DNA of 64,000 bases from an uncultured Alphaproteobacteria bacterium (GTDB taxonomy: Bacteria > Pseudomonadota > Alphaproteobacteria > HIMB59 > GCA-002718135), in assembly GCA_902623255.1 (NCBI GenBank), contig CACNSY010000002.1:100408-164407 (forward strand), written 5' to 3'. This document shows, piece by piece, positions 42,376-50,901 of the stretch; within the stretch, counting starts at the first letter, position 1; every line of letters begins with the position of its first letter. A model generated the notes under the pieces. It saw nothing but the letters and a program-made list of their open reading frames with translations. It did no database searches and had not been told where the DNA came from. A program made the position numbers and the translations under genes.

Positions 42376-43188
42376 TCAATTATTTTCAAATAAATCAAAA
42401 ATTTCTCCATTTTCTCCAAATATTCCACATAATACGCTTTTATTGCTAAGTGGTTGTTTGAATAGAGTACAAACAACATTGTTTTTTGAAATTTTTGAAT
42501 GATTTAAATGTTCAGATTCATACCCTCTTACAATTCTCAAAAAAGTTTTGTAAGGCTGTTGCATTGATGAAAAATTTTGAAAACCCCACCAAAAACAATC
42601 ACTTTGTGCTGATAAAGGCCTAGTAATATCAACACCTCTATTAACAAATAAAATTTTTTTTGTACATGAATATGCGGCATGTTTCAAATTTAAGAAATAT
42701 TCGGTATGACCAAGATTTTTTTGAAGTACCTTAATTAAATTTGATGTCCATTTTGAAATTTTAATAGTGCCTGATGTTGCAATATTTCTTACCTCTTGCT
42801 CAGAATAACCATAAGATTTAACTGTTTCATTTACACCATGATCAAACATCCATTCAACTATTTCAGATGGATTAGGTGCAAGGTGTAATTGTAATAATTT
42901 ACTAAACATTTCTTCTTGAGCTCCCCTTAAAAAAACTATTGAATCAGGTTTAAGTGTAAACTTTGACATTAATTTAAACCTTAAATCAATCACACTATTT
43001 AAAGTTTCTTTAGAATCATTTCCAAGACCTATAATATTACCAAGAAAGATTAATTTGTCACTTTTTTCAAAATTGTTTAGAATAAATTTTTTTATTGAAG
43101 TAAAGGATTTTAGATTAGAATGAACTGAACCTATGGCCCAAATCTTATTTGATTTTTTCAACTCAACAAAATTGCTTATTTTATCCAA
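42376..43188 (-). CDS. PPP-family (calcineurin-like) phosphoesterase homologue with substituted catalytic motifs
   Basis: 270 aa. The layout IWAIGSVHS / LIFLGNIIGLG / FLRGAQEE parallels GDxHG / GDxxDRG / GNHE of PrpA/ApaH-type phosphatases, but the metal ligands are replaced. See findings. Confidence 0.55.
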   Translation of the reverse strand: MDKISNFVELKKSNKIWAIGSVHSNLKSFTSIKKFILNNFEKSDKLIFLGNIIGLGNDSKETLNSVIDLRFKLMSKFTLKPDSIVFLRGAQEEMFSKLLQLHLAPNPSEIVEWMFDHGVNETVKSYGYSEQEVRNIATSGTIKISKWTSNLIKVLQKNLGHTEYFLNLKHAAYSCTKKILFVNRGVDITRPLSAQSDCFWWGFQNFSSMQQPYKTFLRIVRGYESEHLNHSKISKNNVVCTLFKQPLSNKSVLCGIFGENGEIFDLFENN

Positions 43189-43192
43189 GATA

Positions 43193-43696
43193 TTATTTTT
43201 TATTCAAAATTTGTTCAATTTTTTCTGTAGATTGAAAATAATCAGTTTTTTCAACTGCTGCAACTTCTCTTGCTAAACGTTCAATTGCGACTTGAAACAT
43301 TTGTCTTTCGCTATAAGATTGTTCAGACTGACTACTTTTTCTAAATAAATCTCTTACAACTTCAGATATTTTTATTGGATCCCCTGAAAAAATTTTTGCT
43401 TCATATTCTTGGGCTCTTCTACTCCACATTATTCTTCTTATTTTTGGTTTAAGCTTTAAAGTTGAATAAACCCCTTCTATAATTTTTTTTGATGAAATTT
43501 TTCTTAAGCCTACCTCGTCCTTTTTATCTAGTGGTACCCTAATTATTAATTTGGATTGCTCCATTTTAACAACATAGAAACTTGTTTTTATATTAGATAC
43601 TTCCATGCTTTCTATTTTTGATATTTCACCTACACCATGTTTAGGATAAACTACAATTTCACCAATTTTAAATTCTGAATTTTTTTTTGTTTTCAT
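43193..43696 (-). CDS. carD: CarD/CdnL-family RNA polymerase-binding transcription factor
   Basis: 167 aa with the N-terminal [17 protein letters not shown] motif (CarD_CdnL_TRCF domain). It shows the conserved fdxA-carD adjacency. Confidence 0.85.
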   Translation of the reverse strand: MKTKKNSEFKIGEIVVYPKHGVGEISKIESMEVSNIKTSFYVVKMEQSKLIIRVPLDKKDEVGLRKISSKKIIEGVYSTLKLKPKIRRIMWSRRAQEYEAKIFSGDPIKISEVVRDLFRKSSQSEQSYSERQMFQVAIERLAREVAAVEKTDYFQSTEKIEQILNKK

Positions 43697-44028
43697 TTAT
43701 TTCCTGGTTTTGGACTAAAGTGATTTGTATATTTTTCTTTAACATTTTGCCATTCTTCAGCATCAGAAGGAGGTTCTTTTTTTTCACTAATATTTGGCCA
43801 AATATTAGAATATTTTCTATTAATTTCTGCCCACTTTTCTATTCCATCTTCTGTGTCTGATAAAATTGCTTCAACAGGACATTCTGGTTCACAAACTCCG
43901 CAGTCAATGCATTCGTCAGGATGTATAACAAGCATATTTTCTCCTTCGTAAAAACAATCTACAGGGCATACTTCTACACAATCCATATGCTTACACTTTA
44001 TACATTTTTCATCAACAACATAGGTCAT
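43693..44028 (-). CDS. fdxA: 7Fe ferredoxin (FdxA-type)
   Basis: 111 aa with the Cys motifs [14 protein letters not shown] and [12 protein letters not shown]. Confidence 0.9.
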   Translation of the reverse strand: MTYVVDEKCIKCKHMDCVEVCPVDCFYEGENMLVIHPDECIDCGVCEPECPVEAILSDTEDGIEKWAEINRKYSNIWPNISEKKEPPSDAEEWQNVKEKYTNHFSPKPGNK

Positions 44029-44030
44029 TA

Positions 44031-44477
44031 TTACCCTATTTTATTTAGAGCTCTTTTACGAGCATTTCCAGAGTTTACATCAGAAATGTATAATAATCCT
44101 GCAAGCCTTCTTATTAAATTTGATTCATAATCATGAATTGCACCATCAGATAGTACTATCTCCCATAATGTTTCAATTAAAAGAAGTTTTTTATCATCAT
44201 TAAAATTTTTATTTATTACGGATGTATAATGGTGCAGTGATTTTGAATTATTTTTGTTTTTTACTGCTTCTTTAAGTACTAAATCTACTTCGTCTGAGTC
44301 CTCATTAAAAACATTAATTAAGCTTAATTTAATTTTATTTAATTCAATTGGATCAATTTGACCATCTGTGTATGCAGCCTCTATCATTAGTCCACATAGT
44401 AGCTCTAGATCTTTATTGTCATTTTCATCTTCTTTGGGATTCTGATTGTTTAGAATATTTTTTAATAGATTTATCAA
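44031..44477 (-). CDS. TerB-like (tellurite-resistance TerB / DjlA N-domain family) protein
   Basis: 148 aa with two amphipathic repeats ending in DG ([12 protein letters not shown]..., [11 protein letters not shown]...), typical of the TerB fold. Confidence 0.55.
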   Translation of the reverse strand: MINLLKNILNNQNPKEDENDNKDLELLCGLMIEAAYTDGQIDPIELNKIKLSLINVFNEDSDEVDLVLKEAVKNKNNSKSLHHYTSVINKNFNDDKKLLLIETLWEIVLSDGAIHDYESNLIRRLAGLLYISDVNSGNARKRALNKIG

Positions 44478-44498
44478 TTTTTACTCTCAGACATACAT

Positions 44499-47048
44499 TT
44501 AAAGAAGTTTTTCTAAAACTGCAAAGGGAGAATTAGGGTCTCTTTTAATTTTATCTTTACCTACGTATTTTTTAATTTTTTTATTAGTTTTATTTCTTAT
44601 AACTTTCTTTGCTTCGTTTTTCTTATTACTAAGAAAATATAGTTTCTTTTCATCAGAAATTACTAAATATTCATACCCACAAAAAGTTAATATGTCCTTT
44701 AATTGATTACTATTACATCCAATAGGATTCATTAAATCGGATGACTCTAAAAAGGGACCATTTTTAAATTTCTGTCTTGCAAGAAAAAAAATTTTTTCAA
44801 ATATATCTATTCTAAATGCGAATTTTTTAATACTTATGTATCCAATAGATTGCCAATAACTATCAGGCATATTAATTTCAGTTGAAAAAGAGACTCTTCC
44901 ATTCAATGGTAGTGGCAACAATTCATCTGTTTCGTTTTTATAGAATGTTTTCCACAAAATTGCACAATATTCTAGAGGTTTTTTCTTTAATAAATTGGGT
45001 ATAAAAAAATACTTAGCACCCATTCTAATACCTAATTTAGAAAGTTGAAGTTTACTTTCTTGCGAAACTGTTTTTAAAATATCTTTAAATTGTTCAATCG
45101 GATAGTTTCCAAAATTCTCAAGGCAATTAAATGCGATTGCTCTAATCTCTGGATTCATAGCATCATCTAAATTTATATTAAGTGGATAAAGTGTTGAGTT
45201 TATTTCGTCTTCTAGCCATTTTTGAAGTTTAGCTGAAATAAGTAATTTATTTTCTGAAGATAAATATTCTGAATTCAAAGCATCAGCAGTAGGTCTATAT
45301 ATGGATTTACCCTTCTTTAATTTTCCAATTGGTTCGTCTCCCCAATAAATAAATGTATCACCCTTAATTTTATATTTAGCCACATCACCAAAACTAATAG
45401 AATCTATAGGTGCATTTAAAAAATTCTCTACTTTTTCATTTATCATATTTCTTACTGTTTTTTTTATATTACTAATCGAAAAAAGAGAGTGTGAAAATAT
45501 TTTTTTATCTTGAATAAGATCAAAACCTTTTATAATTCCATATTTATCATTATCCAGAAATATTTCGTTATAATTTTTTATGAGAATATCTTGGATATTC
45601 TGGGGTTTTTGTTTTCCAATAAAAAATTTAGATGAATAATCTATAAATTTTTTAGTAAGGCTATTATGTAAATGATCAGATAATTCATTCTCTACTTGCT
45701 GAGTTTTTTCTCTCCAATAATATGTATTTTTTAACCACTCATGATTGTTTGATATATATGTCCAAGTTCTTATTTGAGAAATTTTAATTGAAAGTTCAGG
45801 TATTCCACCACCAAAATTATTAAGTCTATTAACCTTCTTTTCAATCCATTCTTCAGGAATTTTATAATTATTATTAATTAAAATAAGATATATATCTTTC
45901 AAAAGTAATAAATAATTATCATTGAATAATTTTTCAAAATCTGGAATTTGACAAACATCCCATAGTAATTTTAGATTATTATTTGATGTGAGAAATTTCT
46001 TTATTTCAGTTTCATTTATTAAGTTACGAAAGTTAGTTTCATCCAATGCATTTTTTTTATGTATAAAATAATTATGGATAGGATATTTTTTTAATGATAA
46101 TAATAGACTTTCAGTTGAACTAAAGTCTAAATCACTATTTCGCCAATAAATTTTTTGAATACTGTCAAAATTATGATTTTCTATTTGTTGAATAATTAAT
46201 GGATCTAAGTTTCCAGCTTCCTTTGTATAACTAAAAGTACCATCTTGTTTATACCTACCAGCTCTACCCGCTATCTGACCTAATTCATTTGGGGCAAGAT
46301 TACGATTATATCTTCCATCAAACTTCTCAAGAGATGAGAAACTTACATGATTGATATTAAGATTTAGACCCATTCCTATAGCATCAGTAGCTACAAGATA
46401 ATCTACATTTTTATTTTCATAGACTTCGACCTGTGCATTTCTTGTTCTTGGACTGAGTGAGCCAAGAACGACTGCTGTTCCACCTTTATGAGTTCTAATA
46501 TTTTCAGCAATTTCATAAACTTTATTAATATTGAATGCAATTATTGCAGATCTTGGTTCCAGTTTAGAAAAATTTTGTTTCCTTAAAAAAGTCAGTTTGG
46601 AAAATCTATTTTTTTTCTCAATAGTTATATTAGGATAAAGTTTTTTTAAAATATTTTCTATATTCAATGATCCCAATAAAATAGTTTGAAAGCTGCCTTT
46701 TAAATTCAAGATTCTATCAGTAAAAATATGGCCTCTTTCGTAATCTGCTGCTAGTTGAATTTCATCAATAATTACGCAATCTACAGAAATATTTTTGGGC
46801 ATTGACTCGACAGTACAAAAAAAATATTTAGCTTCTTTTGGAATAATTTTTTCTTCACCAGTGATTAATGCTATTTTGCTAAGTCCAACTCTTTTTACTG
46901 CTTTATCATAATTCTCTCTAGCAAGTAGTCTGAGAGGGAAACCAAAAATTCCAGAAGAATATGAAAATAATTTTTCAAATGCTGTATATGTTTTGCCTGT
47001 ATTTGTGGGCCCAAGTATAGCTAATACATTTTCATCTTCATTAAACAT
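44499..47048 (-). CDS. SUV3-like superfamily-2 helicase with a long C-terminal extension
   Basis: 849 aa with motif I GPTNTGKT, motif II IDEIQL, motif V VATDAIGMGLNL and motif VI QIAGRAGR in the first ~300 aa. The remaining ~500 aa have no motif I recognise. Confidence 0.75.
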   Translation of the reverse strand: MFNEDENVLAILGPTNTGKTYTAFEKLFSYSSGIFGFPLRLLARENYDKAVKRVGLSKIALITGEEKIIPKEAKYFFCTVESMPKNISVDCVIIDEIQLAADYERGHIFTDRILNLKGSFQTILLGSLNIENILKKLYPNITIEKKNRFSKLTFLRKQNFSKLEPRSAIIAFNINKVYEIAENIRTHKGGTAVVLGSLSPRTRNAQVEVYENKNVDYLVATDAIGMGLNLNINHVSFSSLEKFDGRYNRNLAPNELGQIAGRAGRYKQDGTFSYTKEAGNLDPLIIQQIENHNFDSIQKIYWRNSDLDFSSTESLLLSLKKYPIHNYFIHKKNALDETNFRNLINETEIKKFLTSNNNLKLLWDVCQIPDFEKLFNDNYLLLLKDIYLILINNNYKIPEEWIEKKVNRLNNFGGGIPELSIKISQIRTWTYISNNHEWLKNTYYWREKTQQVENELSDHLHNSLTKKFIDYSSKFFIGKQKPQNIQDILIKNYNEIFLDNDKYGIIKGFDLIQDKKIFSHSLFSISNIKKTVRNMINEKVENFLNAPIDSISFGDVAKYKIKGDTFIYWGDEPIGKLKKGKSIYRPTADALNSEYLSSENKLLISAKLQKWLEDEINSTLYPLNINLDDAMNPEIRAIAFNCLENFGNYPIEQFKDILKTVSQESKLQLSKLGIRMGAKYFFIPNLLKKKPLEYCAILWKTFYKNETDELLPLPLNGRVSFSTEINMPDSYWQSIGYISIKKFAFRIDIFEKIFFLARQKFKNGPFLESSDLMNPIGCNSNQLKDILTFCGYEYLVISDEKKLYFLSNKKNEAKKVIRNKTNKKIKKYVGKDKIKRDPNSPFAVLEKLL

Positions 47049-47052
47049 TAAA

Positions 47053-49695
47053 TTATGCAGCTTCGGATATTATTTCATTTAAAACGTAATTTAAAATTCC
47101 TCCAGCCTTATAATATTCAAGTTCTTTATTTGTTTCTATTCTACACTTTAATTCTATATTTTTACTTTTTTTGGAATTAATCTCGCACATAAGTATTAAA
47201 CCTGGTTTTAATTCAGAGAAACCAGATATTGAAATCTTTTCTTCACCTGTAATATTGAGATTGGTTTTGTTATCATTATTAGTAAATTCAAGGGGTAAAA
47301 CTCCCATTCCAATTAAGTTTGATCTATGAATTCTTTCAAAACTTTCAGCAATTACTGCTTTAACACCTAAAAGCCTTGTTCCCTTTGCTGCCCAATCTCT
47401 CGATGAGCCTGTGCCATATTCTTTTCCAGCAATTATAACAGTATCAATGTTATTTTTTATATACTCTTGAGCTGCATCATATATTGGCATTTGTGTATTT
47501 GATATAAATGATTTAGTGAAACCTCCTTCAACATTTTCTAAAATTTGATTTTTGATTCTTATATTTGCGAAAGTTCCTCTCATCATAATTTCATGGTTAC
47601 CACGTCGAGAACCATAGGAATTAAAATTCTTAGAATTAATTTGTCTATTTGTTAAATAAAGACCTGCAGGACTATCCTCTTTAATACTACCTGCAGGTGA
47701 AATATGATCTGTAGTTACACTATCACCAAGTAATGCAAGAATTCTTGCATCTTTTATATCTTTTACAACAAAGTCATTTTTTTTATCAAAAAAAGGAGGG
47801 TGCTTAATATAAGTGCTGGTATCTTTCCAATCATATGTTGTATCTTGAGGATTATTAATTGATTTCCAGTTATCATCTCCTTCGTAAATTTCTTTATATC
47901 TTTCTTTAAACATATCAGGTGTTAGACATAGACTTAGTGTTTTATTAATTTCAGAATTAGTAGGCCATAAGTCCTTAAGAAATATATTTTCTCCAGTTTT
48001 AGATTGACCTATGCTATCAGTTGTAAGATTAATGTTTATATTTCCTGCAATTGCATAAGCAACAACAAGTGGCGGAGAAGCAAGAAAATTTGCTTTTACC
48101 TCTTGATGTACTCTTCCCTCAAAATTTCTATTTCCTGATAAAACTGAACAAACAGTTAAATTATTTAATCCAATTTCATCAGACACCCACTTGTCTAAGG
48201 GTCCAGAATTACCTATACAAGTTGTACATCCATAACCAACAGTGTTGAAACCAAGCTCATCAAGGTGCTCCGTTAAACCTGCTTTATTAAGATAATCACT
48301 TACAACTTTACTACCTGGGGCTAAACTAGTTTTGACCCAAGGTTTTACTTCTAAGCCTAGATCAATTGCTTTTTTAGCTAAAAGCCCTGCTGCAATCATC
48401 ACATTAGGATTTGATGTATTTGTACAACTTGTAATTGCAGCAATTACAATGTCACCAGTTTTCAATTTATGATCACTAATATTTTGATTTTTATCAATTT
48501 TGCTAAATTCTTTAGGAACATCTTTTAATAGAATTTTATCTTGAGGTCTTTTTGGACCAGCAATAGAAGGTTCTATTTTATCCAAATCTAATAATATTTT
48601 ATCAGAATATTCTGGTGCATAATCTAAATCAGCCCAGAGAGTTTGTTTTTTTGAATACTCTTCAACTATGTTTATATGTTCATCATCTTTCCCTGTTAGC
48701 CTAAGGTAATTAATTGTTTCTTCATCTGTTGGAAAAAATCCACAAGTTGCTCCGTATTCTGGTGCCATATTAGAAATTGTTGCTCTATCAGCTAATGATA
48801 GATTTTTTAGACCATTGCCGTAAAATTCTACAAATTTTCCAACTACTCCTTTATCTCTTAAAATTTTAGTTATTGATAAAACTAAATCAGTAGCTGTAAT
48901 TCCCTCCTTCAAAGATCCTTTGAGCTCAAAACCAATTACTTCAGGGATATTCATTGAAATAGCTTGACCTAACATAGCAGCTTCAGCCTCTATTCCTCCA
49001 ACTCCCCATCCTAAAACAGAAAGAGAGTTAACCATTGTTGTGTGACTATCTGTACCCACAACAGAGTCAGGAAATAGATAATTTTGATCATTAATTTTTT
49101 TTGACCATATAGTTTTAGCTATATTTTCTAAATTTACTTGATGGCAAATTCCTGCACCTGGTGGGACAAGATAGAAATTATCAAATGAACTCTGACCCCA
49201 TTTTAAAAATTCGTATCTTTCTTTATTTCTATCAAATTCTTTTTTAACATTTTCATTAAGTGCATTACTATTTTTATAATTATCAACCATTACTGAGTGG
49301 TCTATGACTAGGTCAACTCTGGAAAGAGGATTTATCTTTTTAGGCTCAATTCCTCTCAATTTTAGTGCATTTCTCATTGCTGCTAAATCTGCAACAGCTG
49401 GGACACCTGTAAAATCTTGCATAAGAACTCGAGTTGGGAAAAAAGCTATCTCAATTTTTTCAATTTTTTTATCTGTTTCTTTTAATGAGTTAAAGACTTT
49501 GGAAATCATATCTTTATTGATATTTTCACCATCTTCGTTTCTGAGTAAGTTTTCTAATATTACTTTAATAGAAATGGGTATTTTATTTAAATTAATACCG
49601 TATTGTTTAGCTACTTTACTTAAATCAAAATATTTAAATTTTTTGTTATTTATTTCAATTAAATGTTCAGAATTAAAAGAATTTATGTTTTTCAT
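47053..49695 (-). CDS. acnA: aconitate hydratase A
   Basis: 880 aa with the Fe-S ligand motifs ITSCTNTSNP and GCTTCIGNSG, and an AcnA/IRP-type domain order. Confidence 0.95.
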   Translation of the reverse strand: MKNINSFNSEHLIEINNKKFKYFDLSKVAKQYGINLNKIPISIKVILENLLRNEDGENINKDMISKVFNSLKETDKKIEKIEIAFFPTRVLMQDFTGVPAVADLAAMRNALKLRGIEPKKINPLSRVDLVIDHSVMVDNYKNSNALNENVKKEFDRNKERYEFLKWGQSSFDNFYLVPPGAGICHQVNLENIAKTIWSKKINDQNYLFPDSVVGTDSHTTMVNSLSVLGWGVGGIEAEAAMLGQAISMNIPEVIGFELKGSLKEGITATDLVLSITKILRDKGVVGKFVEFYGNGLKNLSLADRATISNMAPEYGATCGFFPTDEETINYLRLTGKDDEHINIVEEYSKKQTLWADLDYAPEYSDKILLDLDKIEPSIAGPKRPQDKILLKDVPKEFSKIDKNQNISDHKLKTGDIVIAAITSCTNTSNPNVMIAAGLLAKKAIDLGLEVKPWVKTSLAPGSKVVSDYLNKAGLTEHLDELGFNTVGYGCTTCIGNSGPLDKWVSDEIGLNNLTVCSVLSGNRNFEGRVHQEVKANFLASPPLVVAYAIAGNININLTTDSIGQSKTGENIFLKDLWPTNSEINKTLSLCLTPDMFKERYKEIYEGDDNWKSINNPQDTTYDWKDTSTYIKHPPFFDKKNDFVVKDIKDARILALLGDSVTTDHISPAGSIKEDSPAGLYLTNRQINSKNFNSYGSRRGNHEIMMRGTFANIRIKNQILENVEGGFTKSFISNTQMPIYDAAQEYIKNNIDTVIIAGKEYGTGSSRDWAAKGTRLLGVKAVIAESFERIHRSNLIGMGVLPLEFTNNDNKTNLNITGEEKISISGFSELKPGLILMCEINSKKSKNIELKCRIETNKELEYYKAGGILNYVLNEIISEAA

Positions 49696-49898
49696 ACTAA
49701 ATTTGAATAATAATTATAATAAATAAATAGTATGAAGATATTTTTTTGTATAGCAAAATGTTAATTTATTATTAGAAATCTGCCAAAAAATATAAAAACT
49801 AGAAATAATTTTAATTTTTTTTTAATTTTTAATTTAATTTTTTCTATTTCAAAATTAAATTTAAAAAAATGCTATATTGTTGACTTTAACCGTAAGTT

Positions 49899-49927
49899 TT
49901 GGGAATAAATACTCAGCCTTTTATAAT
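49899..49927 (+). promoter_or_regulatory. putative sigma-70 promoter for the lysine-rich ORF (TTGGGA-17 nt-TATAAT)
   Basis: Hexamers were read directly (49899-49904 and 49922-49927) with a 17-nt spacer. An alternative TTGACT at 49880-49885 has a weaker -10. No experimental support. Confidence 0.35.
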
Positions 49928-49987
49928 TATCATAATTTGATAATGGAGGGGGGTTCCTCCGGGGTAACAAAATACAAGGAGTATTTT

Positions 49988-50164
49988 ATGGCTAAGAAGA
50001 AAAAGAAAGCTGCTCCAAAGAAAAAGAAAAAAGCAGCTCCTAAGAAAAAGAAAAAAGCAGCTCCTAAAAAGAAAAAGAAAAAAGCTGCTCCTAAGAAAAA
50101 GAAAAAAGCAGCTCCTAAAAAGAAAAAGAAAAAAGCTGCTAAAAAGAAGAAAAAGAGAAGATAG
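49988..50164 (+). CDS. 58-aa poly-lysine protein with (K5-6 A A P) repeats
   Basis: Sequence is MAKKKKKAAPKKKKKAAPKKKKKAAPKKKKKKAAPKKKKKAAPKKKKKKAAKKKKKRR. An AAGGAG SD lies 6 nt upstream of the ATG, and strong terminator hairpins follow. The 95-aa version in the ORF track starts at a TTG with no SD. Confidence 0.6.
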   Translation: MAKKKKKAAPKKKKKAAPKKKKKAAPKKKKKKAAPKKKKKAAPKKKKKKAAKKKKKRR

Positions 50165-50182
50165 TATTATCTCGATTTTTCT

Positions 50183-50207
50183 AGAAAACTTTACATTAAA
50201 GTTTTCT
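50183..50207 (+). terminator. perfect 10-bp stem hairpin (AGAAAACTTT-ACATT-AAAGTTTTCT) followed by a T-run
   Basis: The inverted repeat was read directly and lies 19 nt after the stop codon of the lysine-rich ORF. Confidence 0.5.
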
Positions 50208-50230
50208 TTTTCTTATCTTTTTCAAAAGAT

Positions 50231-50257
50231 AAAACGGGGTTCAGCCCCGTTTTTTTA
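50231..50257 (+). terminator. rho-independent terminator
   Basis: AAAACGGGG-TTCAG-CCCCGTTTTTTT, a GC-rich stem followed by a 7-T tract. Confidence 0.75.
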
Positions 50258-50291
50258 TTGTTTTAAATCAAAAAGTAATTAGATCTTAATA

Positions 50292-50897
50292 ATGATAATT
50301 GTTAAGGATTTGTCAGTAGAAAGACTAAATAAAAAAATATTTGAAAATATTAATTTATCTGTCGTATCTGGAAATATTACTATTTTAAAAGGTAGAAATG
50401 GTTCTGGCAAAACTACACTGATAAAAGCAATCTTGAATATAATAGAACCATCAGTTGGATCAATATATTGGAAAGGTAAATTATTGAAAAAAAATTTATA
50501 TGATTTCTATAATAATGTTACTTATATTGCTGATAGAACTTCAAGTTTAAAAAAATTAACACTCAAAGATAATATTAACATTTGGAAAAAACTATTTTTG
50601 TCAAATATTAATAATTCACAAATTGAAATTGCATTAAAGACCTTAAAATTAGATAAATATTTAAATCAAAAGGTTGGCAGATTATCTCTAGGGGAAACAA
50701 AAAAATTAGAATTTTTGAGATTAATAATAGAAAATAAAAACTTATGGATTTTAGATGAACCTCTTTCAAATTTGGATGATGATTCAATTGAATTAATGAA
50801 ACAAACTTTTGAAGATCATTGTGGTAAGGAAGGATCCATAATTTTTAGCTCACATCAAAATCCAGGGATTTATGTGACAGATGAAATAAATTTATAA
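50292..50897 (+). CDS. ccmA: heme exporter ATP-binding protein CcmA
   Basis: 201 aa ABC ATPase with Walker A GRNGSGKT, signature LSLGETKK and Walker B LWILDEP. It is the first gene of the ccm cluster. Confidence 0.85.
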   Translation: MIIVKDLSVERLNKKIFENINLSVVSGNITILKGRNGSGKTTLIKAILNIIEPSVGSIYWKGKLLKKNLYDFYNNVTYIADRTSSLKKLTLKDNINIWKKLFLSNINNSQIEIALKTLKLDKYLNQKVGRLSLGETKKLEFLRLIIENKNLWILDEPLSNLDDDSIELMKQTFEDHCGKEGSIIFSSHQNPGIYVTDEINL

Positions 50898-50901
50898 AAA
50901 A

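Noticed and set aside
49696-49876. A very AT-rich spacer with reiterated TTAATTTT/AAATTTAA words, considered as a possible repeat element or replication-related site.
   Set aside because: I could find no clear periodic unit, DnaA box (TTATCCACA) or inverted terminal structure. It is most simply the shared promoter/UP-element region for the divergent acnA and lysine-rich genes.
49877-49987. The 95-aa version of the lysine-rich ORF, starting at the TTG at 49877.
   Set aside because: The upstream 37 codons have no SD, start at a TTG that overlaps a promoter-like TTGACT, and run through the predicted -10 box and the G/C hairpin. The ATG at 49988 has a near-perfect SD at ideal spacing.
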